64,000 nt of DNA, taken from the NCBI GenBank assembly GCA_963746115.1, contig CAVVAA010000003.1, positions 663,368 through 727,367 on the forward strand, read 5' to 3'. This document shows positions 21,789 to 30,037 of the stretch, piece after piece. Origin of the DNA: an uncultured Actinomycetes bacterium (GTDB taxonomy: Bacteria; Actinomycetota; Thermoleophilia; Gaiellales; JAICJC01). Position 1 is the stretch's first letter; the number at the start of each line of letters is the position of its first letter. Position numbers and translations under genes: made by a program. Below the pieces are notes generated by a model. The model saw nothing but the letters and a program-made list of their open reading frames with translations. It did not search any database and was not told the DNA's origin.

Positions 21789-23483
21789 TTATGCGTGGAC
21801 CAGGCTCGTTCCCTCGCGGACGTCGGTCGCGACGGCCGGGATCCGGAAGCTGAGCCGCGTGCCCTCGCCGGGTGCCGAGTCGATCTCGATGTCGCCGCCC
21901 GCGAGCCGGATGCGCTCGATGGTCGCGTCGAGGCCCAGGTGCAGGCGGGTGCGGTGGCGGTCGAGCGCGCGGTGGACGTCGAAGCCGCGGCCGTCGTCGA
22001 TGACCGTGCCGACGAGCTCTCCGTCGGCGTGGACGAGGGTCACCTCGAGCCGGTGGGCGCGCGCGTGCCGGCGGACGTTCGCGACCGCCTCGCGCACGAT
22101 CCGGTAGACGAGCGTCTCGAAGTCCTCGGGGTAGCGCGGCACCTCGACCTCGACGCCGACCTCCAGGCCCAGCTCCTGTTTCGCGTGCTCGACCAGGTCA
22201 CGCACGGCGGGCGCGAGGCCGTGCGCCTCGAGCAGCGGCGGGCGCAGCTCGAACATCAGCCGGCGGGTGCGGTCGAGGGCGAGGGCGAGCGTGTGCCGGG
22301 CGCGCTCGGCCGCCTCGGCGGCCGCCTCGGGCTTGCCGCGCTCGTCGGAGAGGCGCTGCCGGTCGAGCGAGAGCAGGGTGGCGGTGAGCACCTGGACCGT
22401 GTCGTCGTGCAGCTCCTCGGCGATTCGCGCCCGCTCGTCGGCCTCGGCGCGCAGCATCTGATTCAGGACCATGCTCCGCTGCTCCTCGGCGTCCTCCAGC
22501 GCGACCCGCAGCTGCTCGCTCTCGCGCAGGCGGCGGAAGCTCAGCGAGACCCGGATCGTGACGGCGAGCAGGACGAGCACCGAGAGCACCATCGCGACAG
22601 GGTTCGCGGCATCGATCAGGTTGAGCGCCTGGAGGGCGACGGCGATGAGGGCGAACACGGCGGTGAACCCGACCACGGGCCGGGCGGGCGTGGGCCGCGG
22701 AGCGCCCGAGGGCACGATCGCGGCCATCGCCAGCAGCGCGGCGGCCACGGGGACGAGCGTCTGCCGGGGCCCGCCGGGGAGGCCCACCATCGCGGCCGTG
22801 CCGTGGTAGAGCGAGAGCGCGTCGCCGGCGGCGAGGACGAGGCCGCCGGCGAAGAGCAGCCAGCGCTCGCGCTGACCCCGCGATGTGGCCAGGGCGGCGC
22901 ATCCGGCCATGACCCCGAGCAGTGCGAGGTCGGAGGCGATCCAGATCCCGTCGACCGCGATCCCCGCGAGGGGCTGGTGGGTGTGGTCGAGCAGCGGCCG
23001 CAGGCCGACCTCGGCGGCGACGGCGGCCAGCGTGACGCCGCCGATCAGCCCGTCGACGACAAGCCCGGCGTCGAAGCGGTCGGCGCGGCTGCGGGCGAGC
23101 AGGACGACGCACGCGATCACGAACGGATAGAACGCCAGCCACAGGGCTGCAGCCGACGGGGTCACCGACGCCATGCCATGCCCCAGCCGGGGTGCCGCGA
23201 CGATGGTGACGGTGCCGTAGCCGGCGAGCCCGATCCCGAGCGCCATCCACGCGGCGCGGTCGGCCCGGTCGGCGGCGCTGCGCCCGAGCACGGCCAGGCC
23301 GCAGAGGACGATCGCGGCAGCCGAGATCCGTCCGTCGAGGTCGGTGCCCGACCACGACCCGGCCGTGCCGGACGCGACCCGGGCGACGTGCAGGGCCGTG
23401 AGCCCCAGCGCGGCGGCCGGAAGGGCCGCCAGGATCAGATGCGCCCGGCGGCGCGTGCGCAGCGGTGTCTGGACGAGTTGCAT
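21789..23483 (-). CDS. membrane sensor histidine kinase, NarX/DesK (HisKA_3) class
   Basis: Many TM segments, ERARIAEELHDDTVQ, YRIVREAVANVRRHA, DDGRGFD and HLGL. Confidence 0.88.
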   Translation of the reverse strand: MQLVQTPLRTRRRAHLILAALPAAALGLTALHVARVASGTAGSWSGTDLDGRISAAAIVLCGLAVLGRSAADRADRAAWMALGIGLAGYGTVTIVAAPRLGHGMASVTPSAAALWLAFYPFVIACVVLLARSRADRFDAGLVVDGLIGGVTLAAVAAEVGLRPLLDHTHQPLAGIAVDGIWIASDLALLGVMAGCAALATSRGQRERWLLFAGGLVLAAGDALSLYHGTAAMVGLPGGPRQTLVPVAAALLAMAAIVPSGAPRPTPARPVVGFTAVFALIAVALQALNLIDAANPVAMVLSVLVLLAVTIRVSLSFRRLRESEQLRVALEDAEEQRSMVLNQMLRAEADERARIAEELHDDTVQVLTATLLSLDRQRLSDERGKPEAAAEAAERARHTLALALDRTRRLMFELRPPLLEAHGLAPAVRDLVEHAKQELGLEVGVEVEVPRYPEDFETLVYRIVREAVANVRRHARAHRLEVTLVHADGELVGTVIDDGRGFDVHRALDRHRTRLHLGLDATIERIRLAGGDIEIDSAPGEGTRLSFRIPAVATDVREGTSLVHA

Positions 23484-23659
23484 GTCCAGGTATCCTCGCG
23501 CTCTGCCCGCTCGCCCGTCTCCCCGCATCGGGGGATCGTCCGTCACACGTGTGGGTGACCCACAGATTTCTTACAAATGCAGGCATTTCCTGCCTTTCGC
23601 ACAGGTCCTGCCAGCGCCGTCACAGCCGCAGCCCGCGCGTGGGCCTACACTTGAGACGG

Positions 23660-23890
23660 ATGCCGGGATTTCGGATCGAGCGAGCGCAGGACGGGCGCAG
23701 ATCGCTGCACCTGATCGGCTGCTGCGGCGACCCCGACCGCATGCGTCGCGACTACGACCAGGCCTTTCTGGAGCAGACGCTGGCCGGCGGGGGCAGGGTC
23801 GTCTCGGCTGACCCCGACGGCGTCGACCTCGTCGACCGCCGCGGTCGCACGCACCGCGTCGGTCCCGGCGTCACGCTCCCCTCAGCCTGA
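23660..23890 (+). CDS. small hypothetical protein (76 aa)
   Basis: TACACT -10 at 23646-23651 just before the ATG; GC3-rich codons; fills the gap between genes. Confidence 0.55.
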   Translation: MPGFRIERAQDGRRSLHLIGCCGDPDRMRRDYDQAFLEQTLAGGGRVVSADPDGVDLVDRRGRTHRVGPGVTLPSA

Positions 23891-26278
23891 CGCCGGCGGC
23901 TCGGCCTCCGGCGCCGGGGGCGGCGCCGATTGGGGCGGGTGCGCGTACGGCGAGAGCCCGGCGAGGGCCATGACGCGGATCCCGGCCACGGTCGCGAGCA
24001 CCATGATCACGGCGTCGAGCAGGTCGGGCGCCGAGAGGGCGAAGAAGTCGCGGGCCGGCTCGAAGCTGAGCGTGCCCAGGTAGGCCGCGCCGAGCACGCC
24101 GACCAGCGCGAGGATGCCGATCGCGTACGGCTTGCTGGCCGTCATCCGCTCCGGGTCGAGCGTGAGCAGCAGGTAGAGGCCGAGCGCGACGAAGACGGTC
24201 ACCGCAGCCGTGCGGGCGTCGGTGACCGACCGCACCCGGACGGCCCGCTCCAGCAGGTAGGCGGCCAGCACCCCGGCGGCGAGCACGAGTCCCGCCGGGA
24301 TCGAGAACCGGGCGACGCGGCGCAGGAACGAGCCCGTGTCGGGCCGTTCGTTCGCCGGGATAAGGGCGATCACGAAGCCGGGGATGCCGACGGTCACCGT
24401 CGCCGCCAGGGTGAGGTGGCGGGGCAGGAGCGGGAAGCCGGCCGTCGCGAGGCCGAACGTCAGGATCACGGCCGCGGCGAAGACGGTCTTGGTCACGAAC
24501 AGGCGCGCGACCCGCTGGATGTTCAGGATGATCTGGCGGCCCTCGCCGATGGCGGCGGGCACCGCGGCGAAGCTGTCGGTCACGAGGACGCTGTCGGCGA
24601 CGCTCTTCGCCATCTGCGCGCCGCTGCCGAGGGCGATCGCGAGCCGCGATCCCTTCATCGCCGGGACGTCGTTCACGCCGTCGCCGATCATGGCCACGTA
24701 CCGCCCGGAGCCGGCGAGCGACTCGATCAGCATGCGCTTGTGCTGGGGCGAGAGGCGCGCGAACACCGTCGACCCGGTCGCGGCCGCCGCCAGGTCCGGT
24801 CCCTCCGGCAGGTGGGCGCCGTCGATCGTCGGCCCCTCGATCGTGATCCCGGCCCGCTCGGCGACGGCGGCAACGGTCGCGGGCGAATCGCCCGACATCA
24901 CCTTGATCGCGACCCCCTGTCCGCGCAGGAACGCGATCGTGTCCGCCGCCTCCGGCCGTACGTGCTCCTCGAGCGCGATCACGGCGATCGGCTCGATCGC
25001 GGGCGCCGCCGCGCCGTCGTCCGGCGGAGACAGGTCTGCGGGCGTTGCGCCGAGCACGAGCGTGCGCCGGCCCGCCGCCTCGTGCTCGGACACGAGCGCG
25101 TGTGCGCCCTCGCCGAGCAGCACGTCCGGCGCGCCGAGGACCAGGGTCTCGTCGTCGCCCTCGAGCCGGCAGGCGCTCCATTTCCACCGGGACGAGAACG
25201 GCACCTCCGACGTGGCGGGGCGGGCTGTTCCGGGCAGGGCCGCCGCGATCGCGTCGACCGTGTCGTTGCGCGAGGTGATGCTCGCGGCGTACTCGCTCAC
25301 CCGCCGCTCCGCCTCCTCGGCGCTCGCCGTCCCGGCGGGGTAGACACCGTGCATGGTGAGGGTGCCGTCGGTCAGCGTGCCGGTCTTGTCGAGGCAGACC
25401 GTGTCCACGTTCGCGAGCGACTCGACCGCGTTGAACGACTGCACCAGCATCCCCCGGCTCGAGAGGCGCACCGCGGCGACGGCGAACGTGAGGCTCGTGA
25501 GCAGCACCAGCCCCTCGGGGACGAGCGTCACGATCCCGGCGGTGGCGGTGGCCGACGCCGAGCGGAACGGGGCGTCGTGATTGATCAGCACCCAGACGAA
25601 GGCCGCCCCGAGCGGCACCATCACGGCGACCGTGACGAGCAGGAGGCGGTTGATCTGGTTCTCGAGCGGCGAGCGCCGGTAGCGGAACTCGCGCGCCTCG
25701 CCGACGACCTGCGACGCGTAGCTGGCCGCGCCGGTGGCGCTTGCGAGGTAGCGGCCCGCGCCCTCCACGCAGAACGAGCCCGACAGGATCTCGTCACCGA
25801 CGCCCTTCGCGATCGGGCGCGACTCGCCGGTGAGCTGCGACTCGTCCAGCATGAGCGCCGAGCTCTCGGCCACCGACCCGTCGGCGACGACCTGGTCGCC
25901 GGGCCGCAGGGCGACGAGGTCGCCGCCGACGACCTCATCCGCGGGGACGGTGGTCTCGGCCCCGTCGCGCACCACCCGGGCGTGGGGGGCGACGAGCAGG
26001 GCGAGCCGGTCGAGGGCGCGCTTCGCGCGCACGTCCTGGACGATGCCGATGCCGGTGTTGGCCACCAGGACGAGCCCGAACAGGCCGTCCGCCGGCCTGC
26101 CGGCGGCCAGGATCACGACCCAGAACGCGCCCAGGATCAGGTTGAACAGCGTGAGCGTGTTCGACCGCACGATGCTCGCGTACGAGCGGGTCGTCGAGCT
26201 CGCCTCGGGCGGTGGCGCCGCCGCCAGGCGGCGGCTGGCCTCGACCTGTGAGAGGCCGGTGAGCCTGGCTTCGGTCAC
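23882..26278 (-). CDS. cation-translocating P-type ATPase (CtpE-like)
   Basis: LTGES, VPEGL, DKTGTLT, MSGD and GDGVND. Confidence 0.92.
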   Translation of the reverse strand: MTEARLTGLSQVEASRRLAAAPPPEASSTTRSYASIVRSNTLTLFNLILGAFWVVILAAGRPADGLFGLVLVANTGIGIVQDVRAKRALDRLALLVAPHARVVRDGAETTVPADEVVGGDLVALRPGDQVVADGSVAESSALMLDESQLTGESRPIAKGVGDEILSGSFCVEGAGRYLASATGAASYASQVVGEAREFRYRRSPLENQINRLLLVTVAVMVPLGAAFVWVLINHDAPFRSASATATAGIVTLVPEGLVLLTSLTFAVAAVRLSSRGMLVQSFNAVESLANVDTVCLDKTGTLTDGTLTMHGVYPAGTASAEEAERRVSEYAASITSRNDTVDAIAAALPGTARPATSEVPFSSRWKWSACRLEGDDETLVLGAPDVLLGEGAHALVSEHEAAGRRTLVLGATPADLSPPDDGAAAPAIEPIAVIALEEHVRPEAADTIAFLRGQGVAIKVMSGDSPATVAAVAERAGITIEGPTIDGAHLPEGPDLAAAATGSTVFARLSPQHKRMLIESLAGSGRYVAMIGDGVNDVPAMKGSRLAIALGSGAQMAKSVADSVLVTDSFAAVPAAIGEGRQIILNIQRVARLFVTKTVFAAAVILTFGLATAGFPLLPRHLTLAATVTVGIPGFVIALIPANERPDTGSFLRRVARFSIPAGLVLAAGVLAAYLLERAVRVRSVTDARTAAVTVFVALGLYLLLTLDPERMTASKPYAIGILALVGVLGAAYLGTLSFEPARDFFALSAPDLLDAVIMVLATVAGIRVMALAGLSPYAHPPQSAPPPAPEAEPPASG

Positions 26279-26358
26279 CCTCCCGAGTCTAGAGCCGTCG
26301 CGTTGGACGCCCCGACCTGCGGGGCCAGACTCCTGGGTTTCGGTTGTCGCGAAACTGG

Positions 26359-26416
26359 TTGCACGATCAATACTTGACAGCGCATGTTTCTCTGCTAGAG
26401 TTCATTGCGTAGTCAA
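26359..26416 (+). promoter_or_regulatory. sigma-A promoter (TTGACA-N16-TAGAGT) flanked by two TTG-N6-CAA sites
   Basis: TTGACA 26374-79, TAGAGT 26396-401, TTGCACGATCAA 26359-70 and TTGCGTAGTCAA 26405-16. Confidence 0.6.
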
Positions 26417-26440
26417 GTTTCCTTCACGGAGGTTTGCATC

Positions 26441-26992
26441 ATGAGCACCATCGAGTCCACGAACACCGCCGTCCTCCCCGCGGGGACGTGGCAGATCGAC
26501 CCCGTCCACTCGCAGGTCGGCTTCGCCGTCAAGTACATGGTGGGGACGTTCCGCGGCAGCTTCTCGCCCGTTGCCGCCACGCTGTCAGTCGGCGCGGACG
26601 GCGAGGCCAGCCTGACCGGGTCGGCCCAGGCCGAGAGCGTCAAGGTGCAGGAGCCGAGCCTGGTGGCCCACCTGCTCTCGCCGGACTTCTTCGACGCCGA
26701 GCGGGCGCCGGAGCTGCGCTTCCGCTCGACCGACGTGCGCACGGCCGCCGGCCGCATCGCCGTCGACGGCGAGCTCGAGATCAAGGGCGTGACCCGGCCG
26801 GTGACCCTCGAGGGCGAGGTCGGCGAGCAGATCACGGATCCCTACGGCCGTGAGCGGATCGGCATCACCCTCGGCGGCACGATCGACCGCACCGAGTTCG
26901 GCATCAACTGGAACAACCCGCTGCCGAGCGGCAAGTCGGCGCTCGCGAACGAGGTCGCCCTCGACGCCGAGCTCTACCTGGTCAAGGAGTAA
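26441..26992 (+). CDS. YceI family protein
   Basis: GTWQIDPVHSQVGFAVK, HLLSPDFFDAE, GELEIKGVTRPV and IDRTEFGI. Confidence 0.92.
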   Translation: MSTIESTNTAVLPAGTWQIDPVHSQVGFAVKYMVGTFRGSFSPVAATLSVGADGEASLTGSAQAESVKVQEPSLVAHLLSPDFFDAERAPELRFRSTDVRTAAGRIAVDGELEIKGVTRPVTLEGEVGEQITDPYGRERIGITLGGTIDRTEFGINWNNPLPSGKSALANEVALDAELYLVKE

Positions 26993-27001
26993 CTGGTCGT
27001 C

Positions 27002-27565
27002 ATGAAGATCCTCGGCGTCTCGGGCAGCCTGCGGGCTGACTCGCACAACACCGCGCTCCTGCGCTGCGCCGCCGGGCACCTGCCCGAAGGCGTGGAGCTC
27101 GAGGTGTGGGACGGCCTGCGGGACATCCCCCCGTACGACGAGGACCACGACCTCGAGCCGGCCCCTCCGGCGGTCGCCGCGTTCCGCGCGGCGCTCGCCG
27201 GGGCGGATGCCGCCCTGTTCTCCACACCCGAGTACAACTCGTCGATCCCGGGCCAGCTGAAGAACGCGCTCGACTGGGCGTCACGGCCCTACGCGACAAA
27301 CGCTCTGCGCAACCTCCCGGTCGCCGTCGTCGGTGCCAGCACGGGCGCCTTCGGCGCGGTATGGGCGCAGGCGGAGCTGCGCAAGGTGCTGGGAGCGGCC
27401 GGGGCGCGGGTCGTCGACGGCGAGGTCATCCTCGCTCACGCCCACCGCAATATGGACGAGAACGGCGTACTGCTCGACGATGAGGTGCGCGAGCAGCTTG
27501 TGGAGGTCCTGACCGACCTCGCCGGCGCCGCGCACGCCCGCGCGGCCGCCGCAGTCGCCGCCTGA
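27002..27565 (+). CDS. NADPH-dependent FMN reductase (ChrR/SsuE-like)
   Basis: GVSGSLRADSHN and TPEYNSSIPGQLKNALDW. Confidence 0.92.
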   Translation: MKILGVSGSLRADSHNTALLRCAAGHLPEGVELEVWDGLRDIPPYDEDHDLEPAPPAVAAFRAALAGADAALFSTPEYNSSIPGQLKNALDWASRPYATNALRNLPVAVVGASTGAFGAVWAQAELRKVLGAAGARVVDGEVILAHAHRNMDENGVLLDDEVREQLVEVLTDLAGAAHARAAAAVAA

Positions 27566-27579
27566 CCCGGGTGTGAGCG

Positions 27580-27840
27580 CTACCGGTGCGGATCGCCGCG
27601 ATCCGGCCGCCGGGCGCGGGGCGACGCCCTGTGCACGGCCGGGCGGGAGTCCCCCACCGGCTCCTGCTTCCCGCAGCGAACGCACCGCCGGTGCCACAGG
27701 CGGCCCTCGTCATAGAGCGACTCGAGCACCCATTTGTGGCGGCACGACTGCTCCAGGGCCAGGCGATCCTCGCGTCGCACTCCCAGCCAGAGCGCGAGCA
27801 GCGCGACGCAGAAGACGAGACCAACGATGTTCGACAACAT
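27580..27840 (-). CDS. small membrane-anchored protein with a CxH..CxxC motif
   Basis: MLSNIVGLVFCVALLALWLGV TM helix, then CRHKW...CVRCG; preceded by a SigF/SigB-like promoter. Confidence 0.55.
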   Translation of the reverse strand: MLSNIVGLVFCVALLALWLGVRREDRLALEQSCRHKWVLESLYDEGRLWHRRCVRCGKQEPVGDSRPAVHRASPRARRPDRGDPHR

Positions 27841-27850
27841 CGATTTGCCG

Positions 27851-27877
27851 CTACCCGGGCGGGCGTGTTGCCCAAAC
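27851..27877 (-). promoter_or_regulatory. SigB/SigF-type promoter GTTT-N17-GGGTAG
   Basis: Matches the GTTT/GGGTA consensus of actinobacterial SigF/SigB; ends 10 nt upstream of the ATG at 27840. Confidence 0.55.
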
Positions 27878-27895
27878 ACCTGAAGGCGCTGCTGC

Positions 27896-28246
27896 CTAGG
27901 GCAACAGGTGGACGGTGCGGCTGATCATCGTCATGTCCAGGATGCGCCGGATCGACGGCGAGCCGCACACGAGCTCGAAACGCCCGCCCCGCTCGGCCAT
28001 GCGCTGGGCCGACGCGAGGATCACGCCGAGCGCAGTCGAGTCCAGGAACGTCACCGACGCCGCGTCCACCCGCAGCACGGAGCACCTCTCCGCCTCGGCG
28101 GCATCGAGCGCCTCGCGCAGCGCGTCTGCCGAGTTGATGTCGAGCTCGCCGTCCACCTTCACCACCGTCGCCGTCTCCTCGACGGTGTCGCGGGAGAACC
28201 GCGCCGATGCCGCCCTCGGAGCCCCCCTGCTGCTCGCGTCGTCCAT
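27896..28246 (-). CDS. STAS anti-anti-sigma factor (RsbV-like)
   Basis: VKVDGELDI and VTFLDSTALG; GGGTAA -10-like element upstream at 28258-63. Confidence 0.88.
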   Translation of the reverse strand: MDDASSRGAPRAASARFSRDTVEETATVVKVDGELDINSADALREALDAAEAERCSVLRVDAASVTFLDSTALGVILASAQRMAERGGRFELVCGSPSIRRILDMTMISRTVHLLP

Positions 28247-28413
28247 AGGCCAACACCTTACCCCGCCGGCCGCATCGGCCACCACGGCAGCCCGCCGGAC
28301 CGTTGTCTGGAGGCACGACGGTATCACGGCGTCCGCCCGATGTTTGAGATGGTTCCGAGCCCGCACATGTCCCTTCCAGGACCGACCCGATCCCGGAAGG
28401 AGCAGATCCCCGG

Positions 28414-29184
28414 ATGGATTCGCTTTCACATCGCACCGACATCGAGCTCATCGCCGCGCACCGAGAGGGCGGCGACCCCGCAGCCCGCGACCAGCTGGTG
28501 ATGCGGCACTCGGGGCTGGTGCGCTCGATCGCGCGCCGCTACCACGGCCGCGGCCTGGCCCTCGAGGACATCGAGCAGACCGGCTACGTCGGCCTGATCC
28601 AGGCGGTCGACCGCTTCGACCCGTCACGCGGTGTGCCGCTGCGGGCGTATGCGGCGCGGACGATCGACGGCGAGATCATGCATCTCTTCCGCGACCGCGG
28701 CTGGGCGGTGCGCGTCCCCCGCTCGCTGCAGGATCTGAGCCGGCGTGTGGCCGCCGTGCGCGAGCGGATGGGCCACAAGCTCGGCCGCTCGCCCTCGCTG
28801 GAGGAGCTGGCCGAGGCGACCGGCGAGACGGAGGAGCGCGTCGCCGAGGCGATCGCAGCCGGCCGTGCGTACACGGCGGAGCCGCTGGTCGATCCGGATG
28901 CCGCGGCCGAGAACGGCGGGTCCGACGGCATGCCCGCCGGGCGCGTGCTCGCCTCGGAGGAGTCCGGCTTCACGGCCACGGAGGACCGCGATCTGCTCGA
29001 GCGGGCGATGCGCGCCCTGCCGCCGCGCGAGCGCCGGATCGTCGGCCTGCGCGTCTACCACGACCTCACCCAGGCCGAGATCGCCGCGCGCACGGGCATC
29101 AGCCAGATGCACGTCTCGCGGCTCCTGCGCGGGTCGCTCGAGACGATCGCCGACGAGATCGACAGCGCCGCCGTCGCCTCGTAG
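28414..29184 (+). CDS. SigB/SigF family RNA polymerase sigma factor
   Basis: EDIEQTGYVGLIQAVDRFDP, GEIMHLFRDRGWAVRVPR and TQAEIAARTGISQMHVSRLLR. Confidence 0.93.
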   Translation: MDSLSHRTDIELIAAHREGGDPAARDQLVMRHSGLVRSIARRYHGRGLALEDIEQTGYVGLIQAVDRFDPSRGVPLRAYAARTIDGEIMHLFRDRGWAVRVPRSLQDLSRRVAAVRERMGHKLGRSPSLEELAEATGETEERVAEAIAAGRAYTAEPLVDPDAAAENGGSDGMPAGRVLASEESGFTATEDRDLLERAMRALPPRERRIVGLRVYHDLTQAEIAARTGISQMHVSRLLRGSLETIADEIDSAAVAS

Positions 29185-29202
29185 GGCGACGGTCAAGACA
29201 GG

Positions 29203-29565
29203 TCAGGCGTGCTGGGGCGCGGTGGCGCCGGCGATGGCGTCGGCGCGCGTCGGCACGGTTTCGAGCCGGCGCTCCATGCCGGTCAGCTCGAGCAGGCGGC
29301 GGACGCCGTGGCCGGTGCTCTCGCCGAGCGCGCAGCGGAACCCGACCGAGCGCTCGCCGGCCCGCTCGCGCGCGCAGATCAGGACGCGCAGCACGGTCGA
29401 ATCGATGAACGTCGTTCCCAGCAGGTCGACGACCACGGCGTGACCGGAGTCGAGCGCGGCGTCCAGGCGCCGCTCCAGCTCGGGAGCGGTGGAGAGGTCG
29501 TGCTCGCCGGTGACGACGACCACCTCGACGCCGGGCTCGGCTCGTTCGACGACGATCCCGCTCAC
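29203..29565 (-). CDS. STAS anti-anti-sigma factor
   Basis: GEHDLSTAPEL and VVVDLLGTTFIDSTVL. Confidence 0.9.
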   Translation of the reverse strand: MSGIVVERAEPGVEVVVVTGEHDLSTAPELERRLDAALDSGHAVVVDLLGTTFIDSTVLRVLICARERAGERSVGFRCALGESTGHGVRRLLELTGMERRLETVPTRADAIAGATAPQHA

Positions 29566-29596
29566 GGCGTGCAGAATAACGAAGGGCCGGGCGGGC

Positions 29597-30037
29597 TCAC
29601 GACGCCGCGACGTCGAACGTCATCCGCACGACCGTGCCCGCGCCGTCGGGCGTGTCGATCTCGAGCGCGTCGGCGATCGCGGCCATCACCGGCAGCCCGA
29701 CGCCCAGTCCAGGGCTGTTGACGCGCGGCGCCATGCCCGACCCGTGGTCGCGCACCGTCACCACCAGCTCGCCGGCGGGGGAGAGGTCGGCCGACGCCTC
29801 GAACTGGCCGCTCGTGTCCGGGTAGGCGTGCAGCACGGCGTTGGCGCACGCCTCGGTGACCGCGAGCGTGATATCCGAGATCCGCTCCTCGGCGACGCCC
29901 GAGGCCTCGAGCAGACCCCGCAGCGCATGGCGCACCAGTGGGACGTTGTCGGTCTCGGCCGCCAGTTCGAGCTCGAACCCGGATGACGTGGAAGTCATCG
30001 TCGCCTCGGATACCCGACGGTTCATGGCTCTAGTCAT
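29597..30037 (-). CDS. RsbW-like anti-sigma factor/serine kinase (start may be 29998)
   Basis: LAVTEACANAVLHAY, VRDHGSG and GLGVGLPVM. Confidence 0.9.
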   Translation of the reverse strand: MTRAMNRRVSEATMTSTSSGFELELAAETDNVPLVRHALRGLLEASGVAEERISDITLAVTEACANAVLHAYPDTSGQFEASADLSPAGELVVTVRDHGSGMAPRVNSPGLGVGLPVMAAIADALEIDTPDGAGTVVRMTFDVAAS

